A DNA stretch of 64,000 nucleotides from Ranitomeya imitator (taxonomy: Eukaryota). This document shows, in pieces, positions 48,504 through 59,997 of this stretch. The stretch is taken from assembly GCF_032444005.1 (NCBI RefSeq), contig NC_091285.1:632276001-632340000 (forward strand), written 5' to 3'. The notes under the pieces are model-generated. The model was given only the letters and a program-made list of their open reading frames with translations, had not been told where the DNA came from and made no database searches. A program made the translations under genes and the position numbers. Every line of letters begins with the position of its first letter. Within the stretch, counting starts at the first letter, position 1.

Positions 48504-50142
48504 CTAGCTATTGAACCCGTTCTACGGCCGGGTGGCGAGCATTTATATTGGTATATGGTCTCCATCCTGGTATGTGCTGCTCCATCCTGCGTCCCCATCC
48601 TGTCATGTGCTGCTCCATCCTGCGTCCCCATCCTGTCATGCGCTGCTCCCATCCTGCGTCCCCATCCTGTCATGCGCTGCTCCCATCCTGCGTCCCCATC
48701 CTGTCATGCGCTGCTCCCATCCTGCGTCCCCATCCTGTCATGCGCTGCTCCCATCCTGCGTCCCCATCCTGTCATGTGCTGCTCCATCCTGCGTCCCCAT
48801 CCTGTCATGCGCTGCTCCCATCCTGCGATGTGCTGCTCCATCCTGCGCCTCCATTCTGTCATGTGCTGCTCCCATCCTGCGTCCCCATCCTGTCATGCGC
48901 TGCTCCATCCTGCGTCCCCATCCTGTCATGCGCTGCTCCCATCCTGCGTCCCCATCCTGTCATGTGCTGCTCCATCCTGCGCCTCCATCCTGTCATGTGC
49001 TGCTCCATCCTGCGCCTCCATTCTGTCATGTGCTGCTCCCATCCTGCGTCCCCATCCTGTCATGCGCTGCTCCCATCCTGCGTCCCCATCCTGTCATGCG
49101 CTGCTCCATCCTGCGTCCCCATCCTGTGATGCGCTGCTCCCATCCTGCGTCCCCATCCTGTGATGCGCTGCTCCCATCCTGCGTCCCCATCCTGTCATGC
49201 GCTGCTCCCATCCTGCGTCCCCATCCTGTGATGCGCTGCTCCCATCCTGTGATGCGCTGCTCCCATCCTGCGTCCCCATCCTGTCATGCGCTGCACCCAT
49301 CCTTATGTGCTGCTCCATCCCGAGTCCCCATCCTGTCATGTGCTGCTCCCATCCTGCGTCCCCATCGTTATGTGCTGCTCCATCCTGCGTCCCCATCCCG
49401 TCATGTGCTGCTCCATCCTGCGTCCCCATCCTATCATGTGCTGCTCCATCCTGCGTCCCCATCCTGTTATGTGCTGCTCCCATCCTGCGTCCCCATCCTT
49501 ATGTGCTGCTCCATCCTGCGTCCCCATCCTTTCATGTGCTGCTCCATCCTGCGTCCCCATCCTGTTATGTGCTGCTCCCATCCTGCGTCCCCATCCTTAT
49601 GTGCTGCTCCATCCTGCGTCCCCATCCTTATGTGCTGCTCCATCCTGCGTCCCCATACTGCCTCTGACCCGCTCGGCGCCGAGTGCTGGGGGGCCTGAGC
49701 AGGCGGGGACACCGGCGCGCTGTGGGGGTCAGGTGCTGGTATCGCCGCCAGCTCAGGCCCCCCAGCACTTACTATATTCACCTGTCCTGCGTTCCAGCGC
49801 TGGGCGCCGCCATCTTCCCGGTCTCCTGTCTGTGACTGTTCAGTCAGAGGGCGGCGCCTGCGCGCATTAAGCGCGTCATCGCGCCCTCTGAACTGAAGGT
49901 CACAGGCCGAAGACCGGGAAGATGGCGGCGCTCAGCGGTGGAACGCAGGACAGGTGAATATGGCCGATACTCACCCTCCCTGGCGGTCCCTGCTTCTCTG
50001 TTGGAGATCGCGGTGTGCGTTCAGTGTGAACGCACACCGCGATCTCCTGGGAGCGTCACTCTGTGAGGCCCAGACTGCGCCGGCGCTTGCGCAGTCTATA
50101 AAGGCTTCGGACAGAGTGACGCTCCCAGCGTTATATTATAGA
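48504..50142 (-). mobile_element. Helitron-like element (second family) carrying a 34-35-bp minisatellite
   Basis: 5' TC at 50142, 3' hairpin CCCGGCCGTAGAACGGG then CTAG, inserted at A|T with no TSD. Confidence 0.75.
48563..49640. repeat. Minisatellite (CATCCTGCGTCCCCATCCTGTCATGCGCTGCTCC[C])n
   Basis: About 30 imperfect units, directly visible. Confidence 0.95.
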
Positions 50143-50878
50143 TATTATAGATATTTCTAAAGTTGTTGATAATGGCACTGGCCCTTTAAGAAAGGCATAA
50201 ATTGGGCTCTCTGCTCACTTTTCCGGCTGAGCTGGAGGATATCACTCTCTAGCGGAAGTGTGCAGTATGGAAATACAGGGAAGATGTGTCTTACTTCACA
50301 CCTATATTTATTATACAGGGGCAATGTAAGATGGATTCCTGTGTATTATGGAGCTGAAGAAAGAGAAGACCAGAAACAGAATTTTGTCATAGCCCTCTGT
50401 GTGCCTATGTAGTGAGATACTCAGATTAACCCAGATTCCTTATTTTGCAGATTAACCCTTTATAAGCAGCCATGTCCTCCTCTTTAGAAGCAGCTCTACC
50501 TCTTTACAAAGGGACATATTACTATATGGGTGATCAACAACAATACTTTGCATCAGGCTCCTGAATGGAGAATATTTTTTTCTGGTTTGCTGCACATCGT
50601 CATGGAGTAGTGAAATAATAATTCACCTTATCTATTTTCTCAAAAAAACAAAAAAAAACAATCACAAATTGCTTCACCCCATTATATTCTATGGACCAAA
50701 AAAAAAACAAAACAGCAAAACTGCCTAATTGCTGCCAGATCTGAGCACAGGACCCCATTTACCATTCTGGCGCTGTGTACAATCACCTCCCCCCCCTCAC
50801 AGTTGGTATCTCCCAGGGAAGAGAATCTCACTAGATTTTGCACTCCGTTAAAATGAAAGTAAACCCTACATCCCTGTA

Positions 50879-51155
50879 CGCGCTCCGGACTCACAGCCGC
50901 AGACGCACGCGCTCCGGACTCACAGCCGCAGACGCACGCGCTCCGGACTCACAGCCGCAGACGCACGCGCTCCGGACTCACAGCCGCAGACGCACGTGCT
51001 CCGGACTCACAGCCGCAGACGCACGCGCTCCGGACTCACAGCCGCAGACGCACGCGCTCCGGACTCACAGCCGCAGACGCACGTGCTCCGGACTCACAGC
51101 CGCAGACGCACGCGCTCCGGACTCACAGCCGCAGACGCACGCGCTCCGGACTCAC
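50879..51155 (-). repeat. 29-bp minisatellite variant attached to the duplicated exon 6
   Basis: 10 GGACTCAC cores; unit GCAGACGCACGCGCTCCGGACTCACAGCC. Confidence 0.95.
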
Positions 51156-51355
51156 CCTGCTTAGTGATCTGAAAATTCTTCTTGCTGCAGAGAACGACGG
51201 CCTGCAGCATCTCATGTGGAGACACGTGCGCCTTAAAGTTTCTGGGGTTCCACAATTTACGCATCAGCTCTCCGAACCTCTGCACCAAGAGGAACATTAT
51301 GTCCCCTGGAGGGCGCTGAATTCCACGGTAGTTCTCTTCCTCCAAAAAGTAGTTC
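51156..51355 (-). pseudogene. Partial duplicate of USP39 exon 6 (3' 200 nt with donor) inside intron 9
   Basis: Matches 58020-58219 with one difference seen (synonymous TCC>TCT); lacks the first 26 nt and the native acceptor. Confidence 0.9.
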
Positions 51356-52234
51356 TCTGCTCACTTTTCCGGCTGAGCTGGAGGATATCACTCTCTAGCG
51401 GAAGTGTGCAGTATGGAAATACAGGGAAGATGTGTCTTACTTCACACCTATATTTATTATACAGGGGCAATGTAAGATGGATTCCTGTGTATTATGGAGC
51501 TGAAGAAAGAGAAGACCAGAAACAGAATTTTGTCATAGCCCTCTGTGTGCCTATGTAGTGAGATACTCAGATTAACCCAGATTCCTTATTTTGCAGATTA
51601 ACCCTTTATAAGCAGCCATGTCCTCCTCTTTAGAAGCAGCTCTACCTCTTTACAAAGGGACATATTACTATATGGGTGATCAACAACAATACTTTGCATC
51701 AGGCTCCTGAATGGAGAATATTTTTTTCTGGTTTGCTGCACATCGTCATGGAGTAGTGAAATAATAATTCACCTTATCTATTTTCTCAAAAAAACAATCA
51801 CAAATTGCTTCACCCCATTATATTCTATGGACCAAAAAAAAAAAACAGCAAAACTGCCTAATTGCTGCCAGATCTGAGCACAGGACCCCATTTACCATTC
51901 TGGCGCTGTGTACAATCACCTCCCCCGCCTCACAGTTGGTATCTCCCAGGGAAGAGAATCTCACTAGATTTTGCACTCCGTTAAAATGAAAGTAAACCCT
52001 ACATCCCTGTAATACTGAGGGAAATTCTCTTTTTTACTAATGACATATAATGGAGAAAAGTCTTAGAATCTCTTCTACTCTTACGTTTTAAAGTTTTTCT
52101 CACAACCTATATGGCCCCCTTTAAGTGACCAGCCTTGTGAAAGCCGGGTGTGGGTGTAATGATGACCTCTGTTCTCCAGCTGATGATTGGCTGCCTACAG
52201 ACAGTAGAGTAAGGCGCCGTTTGTTGCCTTATAC

Positions 52235-52423
52235 CTTTTCTGTGATGCCATTAAACTTGGCGAGGATACTGAAGAGCGGCACTTGGGGGATGATGAGCTG
52301 CTCCTTCTCGTCCTTGTAGAGAGGGGCAGTGGGAAGGTCCAGAGTCAGGTACATAAAGGGCGACTCCAACGTTTTCTCCTGGTACTCCTCGTTTCCCAGT
52401 AGCGCCTCCTTTTCCTCGGCTGG
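52235..52423 (-). CDS. USP39: USP39 exon 9
   Basis: PAEEKEALLGNEEYQEKTLESPFMYLTLDLPTAPLYKDEKEQLIIPQVPLFSILAKFNGITEK; 189 nt, phase 0/0. Confidence 0.97.
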
Positions 52424-53063
52424 CTGTGGGCAGAAGACACCAGTTATGGAGCAGATGATGGTCACACATTCCTACAGTAAACAGCTGATTTTCCCAGACA
52501 GCTCCCCTGCAGGGTAAATGCAGTACTGCAAGGAAGCCATTGATCGATGTGGCCGTCAATCTCACACATGAATCACTCATATGTGCCAGTAGGAGAGCGG
52601 CTGCTGGTCATTCTGGCACACAGGGAGAGGGTCTGCAGCAGGGGACCCCCACACTGACATCCTCGTTCCCTGCAGCTCCATTAACCATCTCTATAACTCA
52701 TGCAGCTAATGGAATAAGGGGGCATTCTGGTGATCGTAGGGGTACACGGATCTAATAGTTATCACCACTGGATAAATGGTCACTAGATTGGGGCTCGAAA
52801 ACCCCTTTCATTTATCACACAGTGGTGTAATTATGCAAGATGGAAAAAGTCCTATGTCCAAATGGGCAAAAAAAAAAAAATCAATTTTTTGTTTATTGAG
52901 TGTTTTGGAAAAAGGAAAGTCCAGACCCACAGAAGAAATTGTTCTCCTGTAGAACATTTTTATATTTTCTTAAAGGGACACTAATCTCCAACGTTCTATC
53001 CGGGTGTCCTGATGATCTCGGCTTTATACCTCTGTGTGACGGCAGCAGGTCTTCTGTCCATCA

Positions 53064-54473
53064 CCTGTCTCAATAAATTAGCATATCAAGAAAAGGTTCT
53101 CTAAACGACCTATTACCCTAATCTTCTGAATCAACTAATTAACTCTAAACACATGCAAAAGATACCTGAGGCTTTTATAAACTCCCTGCCTGGTTCATTA
53201 CTCAAAACCCCCATCATGGGTAAGACTAGCGACCTGACAGATGTCAAGAAGGCCATCATTGACACCCTCAAGCAAGAGGGTAAGACCCAGAAAGAAATTT
53301 CTCAACAAATAGGCTGTTCCCAGAGTGCTGTATCAAGGCACCTCAATGGTAAGTCTGTTGGAAGGAAACAATGTGGCAGAAAACGCTGTACAACGAGAAG
53401 AGGAGACCGGACCCTGAGGAAGATTGTGGAGAAGGACCGATTCCAGACCTTGGGGAACGTGAGGAAGCAGTGGACTGAGTCTGGTGTGGAAACATCCAGA
53501 GCCACCGTGCACAGGCGTGTGCAGGAAATGGGCTACAGGTGCCGCATTCCCCAGGTAAAGCCACTTTTGAACCATAAACAGCGGCAGAGGCGCCTGACCT
53601 GGGGTACAGAGAAGCAGCACTGGACTGTTGCTAAGTGGTCCCAAGTACTTTTTTCTGATGAAAGCAAATTTTGCATGTCATTCGGAAATCAAGGTGCCAG
53701 AGTCTGGAGGAAGACTGGGGAGAAGGAAATGCCAAAATGCCTGAAGTCCAGTGTCAAGTACCCACAGTCAGTGATGGTGTGGGGTGCCATGTCAGCTGCT
53801 GGTGTTGGTCCACTGTGTTTCATCAAGGGCAGGGTCAATGCAGCTAGCTATCAGGAGATTTTGGAGCACTTCATGCTTCCATCGGCTGAAATGCTTTATG
53901 GAGATGAAGATTTCATTTTTCAGCACGACCTGGCACCTGCTCACAGTGCCAAAACCACTGGTAAATGGTTTACTGACCATGGTATTACTGTGCTCAATTG
54001 GCCTGCCAACTCTCCTGACCTGAACCCCATAGAGAATCTGTGGGATATTGTGAAGAGAAAGTTGAGAGACGCAAGACCCAACACTCTGGATGAGCTTAAG
54101 GCCGCTATTGAAGCATCCTGGGCCTCCATAACATCTCAGCAGTGTCACAGGCTGATTGCCTCCATGCCACGCCGCATTGAAGCAGTCATTTCTGCCAAAG
54201 GATTCCCGACCAAGTATTGAGTGCATAACTGAACATTATTATTTGATGGTTTTTTTGTTTGTTATTAAAAAACACTTTTATTTGATTGGATGGGTGAAAT
54301 ATGCTAATTTATTGAGACAGGTTTTTTGGGTTATCAGGAGTTGTATGCCAAAATCATCAGTATTAAAACAATAAAAGACCTGACAAATTTCAGTTGGTGG
54401 ATAATGAATCTATAATATATGAAATTGTAATCATTACATTATGGTAAATAATGAAATTTAACACCATATGCTA
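53064..54473 (+). mobile_element. Tc1 (DD34E, ZB/Tc1-8-like) transposon in USP39 intron 8; left TIR truncated, right TIR runs into gap
   Basis: 23-bp inverted repeat CCTGTCTCAATAAATTAGCATAT at 53064 and 54299-54321; a further ~150 bp of presumed right TIR with no left-hand partner. The subfamily name is recalled similarity only. Confidence 0.9.
53216..54220 (+). CDS. Tc1 transposase, 334 aa from MGKTSDL, uninterrupted
   Basis: FSDESK / FQHDLAPAH / SPDLNPIE triad with 34-aa spacing; ends KGFPTKY. Confidence 0.95.
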   Translation: MGKTSDLTDVKKAIIDTLKQEGKTQKEISQQIGCSQSAVSRHLNGKSVGRKQCGRKRCTTRRGDRTLRKIVEKDRFQTLGNVRKQWTESGVETSRATVHRRVQEMGYRCRIPQVKPLLNHKQRQRRLTWGTEKQHWTVAKWSQVLFSDESKFCMSFGNQGARVWRKTGEKEMPKCLKSSVKYPQSVMVWGAMSAAGVGPLCFIKGRVNAASYQEILEHFMLPSAEMLYGDEDFIFQHDLAPAHSAKTTGKWFTDHGITVLNWPANSPDLNPIENLWDIVKRKLRDARPNTLDELKAAIEASWASITSQQCHRLIASMPRRIEAVISAKGFPTKY

Positions 54474-54665
54474 NNNNNNNNNNNNNNNNNNNNNNNNNNN
54501 NNNNNNNNNNNNNNNNNNNNNNNNNNNNNNNNNNNNNNNNNNNNNNNNNNNNNNNNNNNNNNNNNNNNNNNNNNNNNNNNNNNNNNNNNNNNNNNNNNNN
54601 NNNNNNNNNNNNNNNNNNNNNNNNNNNNNNNNNNNNNNNNNNNNNNNNNNNNNNNNNNNNNNNNN

Positions 54666-54728
54666 CAGGATGTGGCAGTTTCTTGGTGAAAATCCGCATC
54701 GATCCCTGGAATACGTCTGTCACAATGG
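54666..54728 (-). CDS. USP39: USP39 exon 8 (3' end lost in assembly gap)
   Basis: (T)IVTDVFQGSMRIFTKKLPHP, then N-run; about 5 nt plus the donor are expected inside the gap. Confidence 0.92.
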
Positions 54729-57139
54729 CTGCAGAAATGAGAAATATATGCAGAATTGTGCAAGCTTACTGAGTGAACGAAAGGTAAAATTAAACCATCA
54801 TTGCGTTCTAAGTCGTGGTAAGATGCTAGGAAAACATGGCTGCTTTCTTCCAAAGTCCACAGTTTTGTCTTGGGACTAATTTAAAGGTGTAGTCCCATCT
54901 TCATACATGGGTATTGTCAGATAAGACTTGTAAATAGAAGCTTTTCGTTGTCAAGTTATTAACACTTTTGTTTACAGTTAGTTGCCTTGGAGACCGACCA
55001 CCATTGCCAGAAAGCAGAACATGCACAGTGCTTACAAATTCTTTTCCATTGAGCTTGTAAGTACTGAAGTTGGACAGGATCTTTGGAGTGCGCAGTTACT
55101 TCCTAATCCCAGCCACCTACAGAGCAGTGCTTACATACTGGACAGCAGCGATGGTCGGTTTCCTAGGCAACGAGCAAAAAAAAACAAAAAAAAAAAAAAA
55201 CAGAAAACAATTAATATCTTCAGAATGGTTACAAATTTTGACATACAGTAAATTGCAAAAGTGCACGTTTTTACAAGCACTATCCATCTACAAAGATGAG
55301 ATTAACCCTTTAAAAAAGTTTATGTCGTGTTGTGGCATCTGTCCTCAGCGCATGACTAGCATACTTACTCATCATAGGAGGACAAACCAGTTCGTATCTG
55401 AGATAAAGCAGAAAACATCCTTCTCGGCTCAATATGTGCGCACAAAATGTCTGCGTCTCACTGGGCAGGGGATGGATGCCAGCATGAAGTCTCCCGACAA
55501 GAGTCCTAATCACCGGGGTAATATGCCTGTAAGGGGAAGTGATGGTGGACGAGAGCATGATCCGAGACCCCCACAGCAGGGGGTGCAATGTGAGGAGGAA
55601 TAAGTCACAGAGTCTGACGATCCCTGCCAGCAGCCGTCATCAGATATTAGCTGTAGGAAGCGTCCACCATCACGCGGGTCATAAAATTCTACTTTGGAAA
55701 ATGAGGATCATATTGAACGATGCACATTTCTGCCATATTTTAAGAAAACATTGTTTGTTTTTTTACAAGATTCACTTAAAGAGACAGTACACCAAAAAAA
55801 TCAGTATGTGGTTTTGTTCTCTCTAAAGTTGAGATCAGGTGTCGGGCAAAGTTGTCAGAAAATATCAGATACTTGTACAGTACCAGGAGCACATATCACG
55901 ACCGATATGGATCACCAGATGGTACCTTTAGGCCAGGAATGGACAATAAGAGCCATTCTTATTTAATTTTTTTTCACTAGTCAGATAAGAAGACCCTTCA
56001 TATTTAATTAAAGGGAACCTGTCATGTCGCAGAAGAGCATTTTCCTGCAGATATAGGGTTACTCTGTATGTGAGTGGCTTTAAAATCCCTCGGCTACCAG
56101 GAGAAAATGATATAATATCCTCACTGCAGCCGCCTTCTATACAGTAAGAGCACTATAATCTCTCCCCGGTATACGGACAGCTGGCACTGCACACAGTCAG
56201 ACGGGCTACAAAGTAGAATGTCAAATCGATGTGCTGGGGAGTTATAACAGTGCACTCATTGTATAGAGAGCAGCGACTGCAACAGCTCGCCGCACCGCCC
56301 CGATAACTGGAAACCAGTGGCTGCAGGGTGGATATGACAAAATTTCTCCCTGCAGCCGCTGCTCCTGTTAAGCGGGCACAGGGAGAGCATGCCCCATAAC
56401 CGGCAGATCATGGCTGTGTGTTACAGTCAGGACCGGCCTCTAACAATCATGGGTGGAGTGGATCCCGTGACTGTCAACCTGTTAAATGCTGCTGTCAAAC
56501 TGTGAATGCGGCACATCGGGGTGCGTCATTCCACATGTCCAACGGGACGCGATTGCAGGTTGCCAATTGGTTGATATGACAGCCGCTATATAATTGATAT
56601 AACCGCTGTGCTTGTCATCACGGAGCTCCTTTGACACCCAGCCAGTGGCCGATCAGACGATTACAGATTTAAGTCCCTAAGGGGGTTAACATTACGAAAA
56701 TGATAAAAAAAAACTGGACATGTTTGGTATGACTGTAATCGTACTGATTCATATTGCCAGGACATTTTTTTAATACAAACTGTACACTGTAAAAAAAATT
56801 CCCCCCCAAAAATGTCAGAATTGTGGGGGTTTTTTTCACAAGTTCTCCCCACCTGGAACATTTTTTCCAATTTTCCAGTACACTGTGATAAAATTATTGG
56901 TGTCATTCAAAAGTACAACTCATCCTGCAAAAAAAAACAAACAAAAAAAACAAACACAAGCCCTCATATGTCTATATGGATAGAAAAATAAAAGATTTGG
57001 CTCTGGGAAGAAGGGGAGAAATTGGACCCTTCATGAAGGGGTTAATAACTAAGCCACAAAAAAATTGTCCACCTAGATCCTGAGATGTGTTCAGCCAAAT
57101 TACACTGCCTTCCCAACTGTATGAGGAGCATTTACTTAC

Positions 57140-57214
57140 TTCTCTTTTTTTTGGTGCCGCCGAGAGCAGAGTTCAAAGCATTTAAGAACCAAGAAAGAAA
57201 GTCGACGCCATCAC
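57140..57214 (-). CDS. USP39: USP39 exon 7
   Basis: (G)DGVDFLSWFLNALNSALGGTKKKR; phase 1/1, gtaagt donor. Confidence 0.95.
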
Positions 57215-57674
57215 CTAGAAAACACACAAACAATAAGTAAAGGGATCTGTAAGGCTCTGATTACAAATGCTATACACTAAAGGCTACGCGGCCCGGGACC
57301 AGTCAGACCCATCGTGTTATGTTCTATGCAGAGGACAGGAGCGTGTTAGGGTGCTGGGCAGTGTTCACACAGTGCAAGGATAATGAACACCTACAGCTGG
57401 TGCCCTCAAAAGTGTTGTGGCCCACGTACCCAAGCACCCAGAGGCCCACGTAGCCCAGGCACCCAGCAGCCCACGTAGCGATTAAACGTCAAAAACAATC
57501 TAAGCATTTTCCCTGCCATAAAAGCAACTGAATGAACAACTCTGAGAAGACTTCATAATTACTGGTAACATAGAAACCAATTTCTTGCAACAACTGAAGG
57601 TTCAAGGTCACGCAGAGAATAGAAAAATGTGCTACATGGTCAAACTAAAATGTATCTGGACAAACAAGAAGCTG

Positions 57675-58019
57675 CCGACGCAAGCGCCCCGGACTCACAG
57701 CCGCCGACGCAAGCGCCCCGGACTCACAGCCGCCGACGCAAGCGCCCCGGACTCACAGCCGCCGACGCAAGCGCCCCGGACTCACAGCCGCCGACGCAAG
57801 CGCCCCGGACTCACAGCCGCCGACGCAAGCGCCCCGGACTCACAGCTGCCGACGCAAGCGCCCCGGACTCACAGCCGCCGACACAAGCGCCCCGGACTCA
57901 CAGCCGCCGACGCAAGCTCCCCGGACTCACAGCCGCCGACGCAAGCGCTCCGGACTCACAGCCGCCGACGCAAGAACCCCGGACTCACAGCTTCCGACGC
58001 ACACGCCCTCCGGACTCAC
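57675..58019 (-). repeat. 29-bp minisatellite containing GTGAGT, abutting the USP39 exon 6 donor
   Basis: 12 GGACTCAC cores counted, the last being the authentic donor. Confidence 0.95.
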
Positions 58020-58245
58020 CCTGCTTAGTGATCTGAAAATTCTTCTTGCTGCAGAGAACGACGGCCTGCAGCATCTCATGTGGGGACACGTGCGCCTTAA
58101 AGTTTCTGGGGTTCCACAATTTACGCATCAGCTCTCCGAACCTCTGCACCAAGAGGAACATTATGTCCCCTGGAGGGCGCTGAATTCCACGGTAGTTCTC
58201 TTCCTCCAAAAAGTAGTTCCTCAGCGGGGGAACATTGGATAATGC
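58020..58245 (-). CDS. USP39: USP39 exon 6
   Basis: ALSNVPPLRNYFLEEENYRGIQRPPGDIMFLLVQRFGELMRKLWNPRNFKAHVSPHEMLQAVVLCSKKNFQITKQ(G); 226 nt, tag/gtgagt. Confidence 0.97.
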
Positions 58246-58449
58246 CTAGAATAGATACACAAAACATATAATGAAAACAAAGCATCAGGAAACGTGGAAG
58301 CTGATAATATACCAACTGTGACACCCGGTTCTCCCTTATCGCATGTCACTCACTGATCCTGACACCAGGCATTGGTTCTCCTGCTCTTTCATAACTACGA
58401 CTCCCAGCATGCCCTAACAAGTTCATCAGTCATGATTTCACAGACTCAC

Positions 58450-58602
58450 CTGCAGTACGGCATTGGCGTAGTCATTAGCTTTGATGTTGTTGAGGCCCAC
58501 GATGCCCGGCAGGTAGGTGGTGCCATCGTACGCCCGGGACAACTTGGCTTGTTTGTCCAGATGATTGATTTGAGCTTTGGTGAATGTTGGCTTCAATACG
58601 TA
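58450..58602 (-). CDS. USP39: USP39 exon 5
   Basis: YVLKPTFTKAQINHLDKQAKLSRAYDGTTYLPGIVGLNNIKANDYANAVLQ; Asp in place of the catalytic Cys, as expected for USP39. Confidence 0.97.
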
Positions 58603-59296
58603 CTGAGGAAGAAAGGAAAAAGCAATGTACAGATCATGGAGGAGTGGGATTTTGGCTATAAAGGTCACTTCTGCTCATCTAGAAGTCGCGGTAAAATGGT
58701 AGCATGAGGATAGGTAATAAATGTACGATCACTGGGGGTCTAATCTTTGTGACCACCAATGAGCACGAGAACAAGGGTCCCCAATTCCAGTGTAAATGGA
58801 GAAGCAAAGCACTTGCATATTTAAATACACAGAGGGACGAAATTAAAAGCTTGGACCAAGTTGCGGACCAATCTTGATATTTATTAAGAAAAGGTCTACA
58901 ATTGAGGAAGGTTTTCTTTATGAAATATAACAATGAACCTTTTCATATGGAAACAAACTTAAAGGCTTGTCCCACGAATAAAGTACATTTTAATTAATAG
59001 ATCTTAGCATATTGGAATAATAGAATGTTATGTAAAAGCAGCAAAAAGCATTTGGCCCATGGCCTAATTTACCGTAAATCTGTAATAACAAAGGATAAAA
59101 AAAACTTTAATAATGCAAATAAAGCAAGATGATAAAAAAACACAGTATCATATCCCCACAGTGAGTTCCTCTACACATAAGGTATGATGACCCTATTGTA
59201 CCTACCCCCCCCCCCCCCCCCCGGGAAAGTATGGACACCCCATCACAATATGATTCCCCAACTGTAATCTCCACACAGCAAAACAGACCCCAAAAA

Positions 59297-59997
59297 GTCC
59301 TCCATACAGTATAATGGCCACAAACAGTCTTCCATACAGTATAATGGACCGTGCATAGTCCTCCATACAGTATAGTGGCCCCACATGGTCCTCCATACAG
59401 TATAGTGACCCCACATAGTCCCATAGTCCTCATTACAGTATACTGGGCCCTGCATTGCCTTCCATACAGTATAGTGGCCCCACATAGTCCTCCATACAGT
59501 ATAATGGGCCCTGCATTGCCTTCCATACAGTATAGTGGCCCCACATAGTCCTCCATACAGTATAATGGGCCCTGCATTACCTTCCATACAGTATAGTGGC
59601 CCCACATAGTCCTCCATACAGTATAATGGGTCCTGCATTGCCTTCCATACAGTATAGTGGCCCCACATAGTCCTCCATACAGTATAATAGGCCCTGCATT
59701 GCCTTCCATACAGTATAGTGGCCCCACATAGTCCCATAGTCCTCAATACAGTATAATGGGCCCTGCACTGTCTTCCATACAGTATAGTGGCCCCACATAG
59801 TCCCATAGTCCTCAATATAGTATAATGGGCCCTGCACTGCCTTCCATACAGTATAGTGGCCCCTGCAAAGTCTTCCATACAGTATAATGGCCCCAAATAG
59901 TCCTCCATACAATATAATGGGCCTTGCATAGTCCTCCATACAGTATAGTGGCCCCACATAGTCCTCCATACAGTATAATGGACCCTGCACTGCCTTT
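59297..59997. repeat. 30/31-bp alternating minisatellite (USP39 intron 4)
   Basis: CCATACAGTATAGTGGCCCCACATAGTCCT and CCATACAGTATAATGGGCCCTGCATTGCCTT units. Confidence 0.95.

Larger units (their letters stand above)
50208..52011. repeat. ~660-bp direct duplication (50208-50878 and 51354-52011)
   Basis: Near-identical copies; the differences seen are in poly-A runs plus one C/G substitution. Confidence 0.93.

Noticed and set aside
48483-49870. Several overlapping Cys/His/Pro-rich ORFs that look metallothionein- or keratin-associated-like
   Set aside because: All frames are translations of a 34-35-bp minisatellite inside a Helitron-like element in a USP39 intron.
53153-53215. 21-aa N-terminal extension of the second transposase ORF
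   Set aside because: Tc1 transposases of this type start at MGKT; the upstream in-frame ATG is probably incidental.
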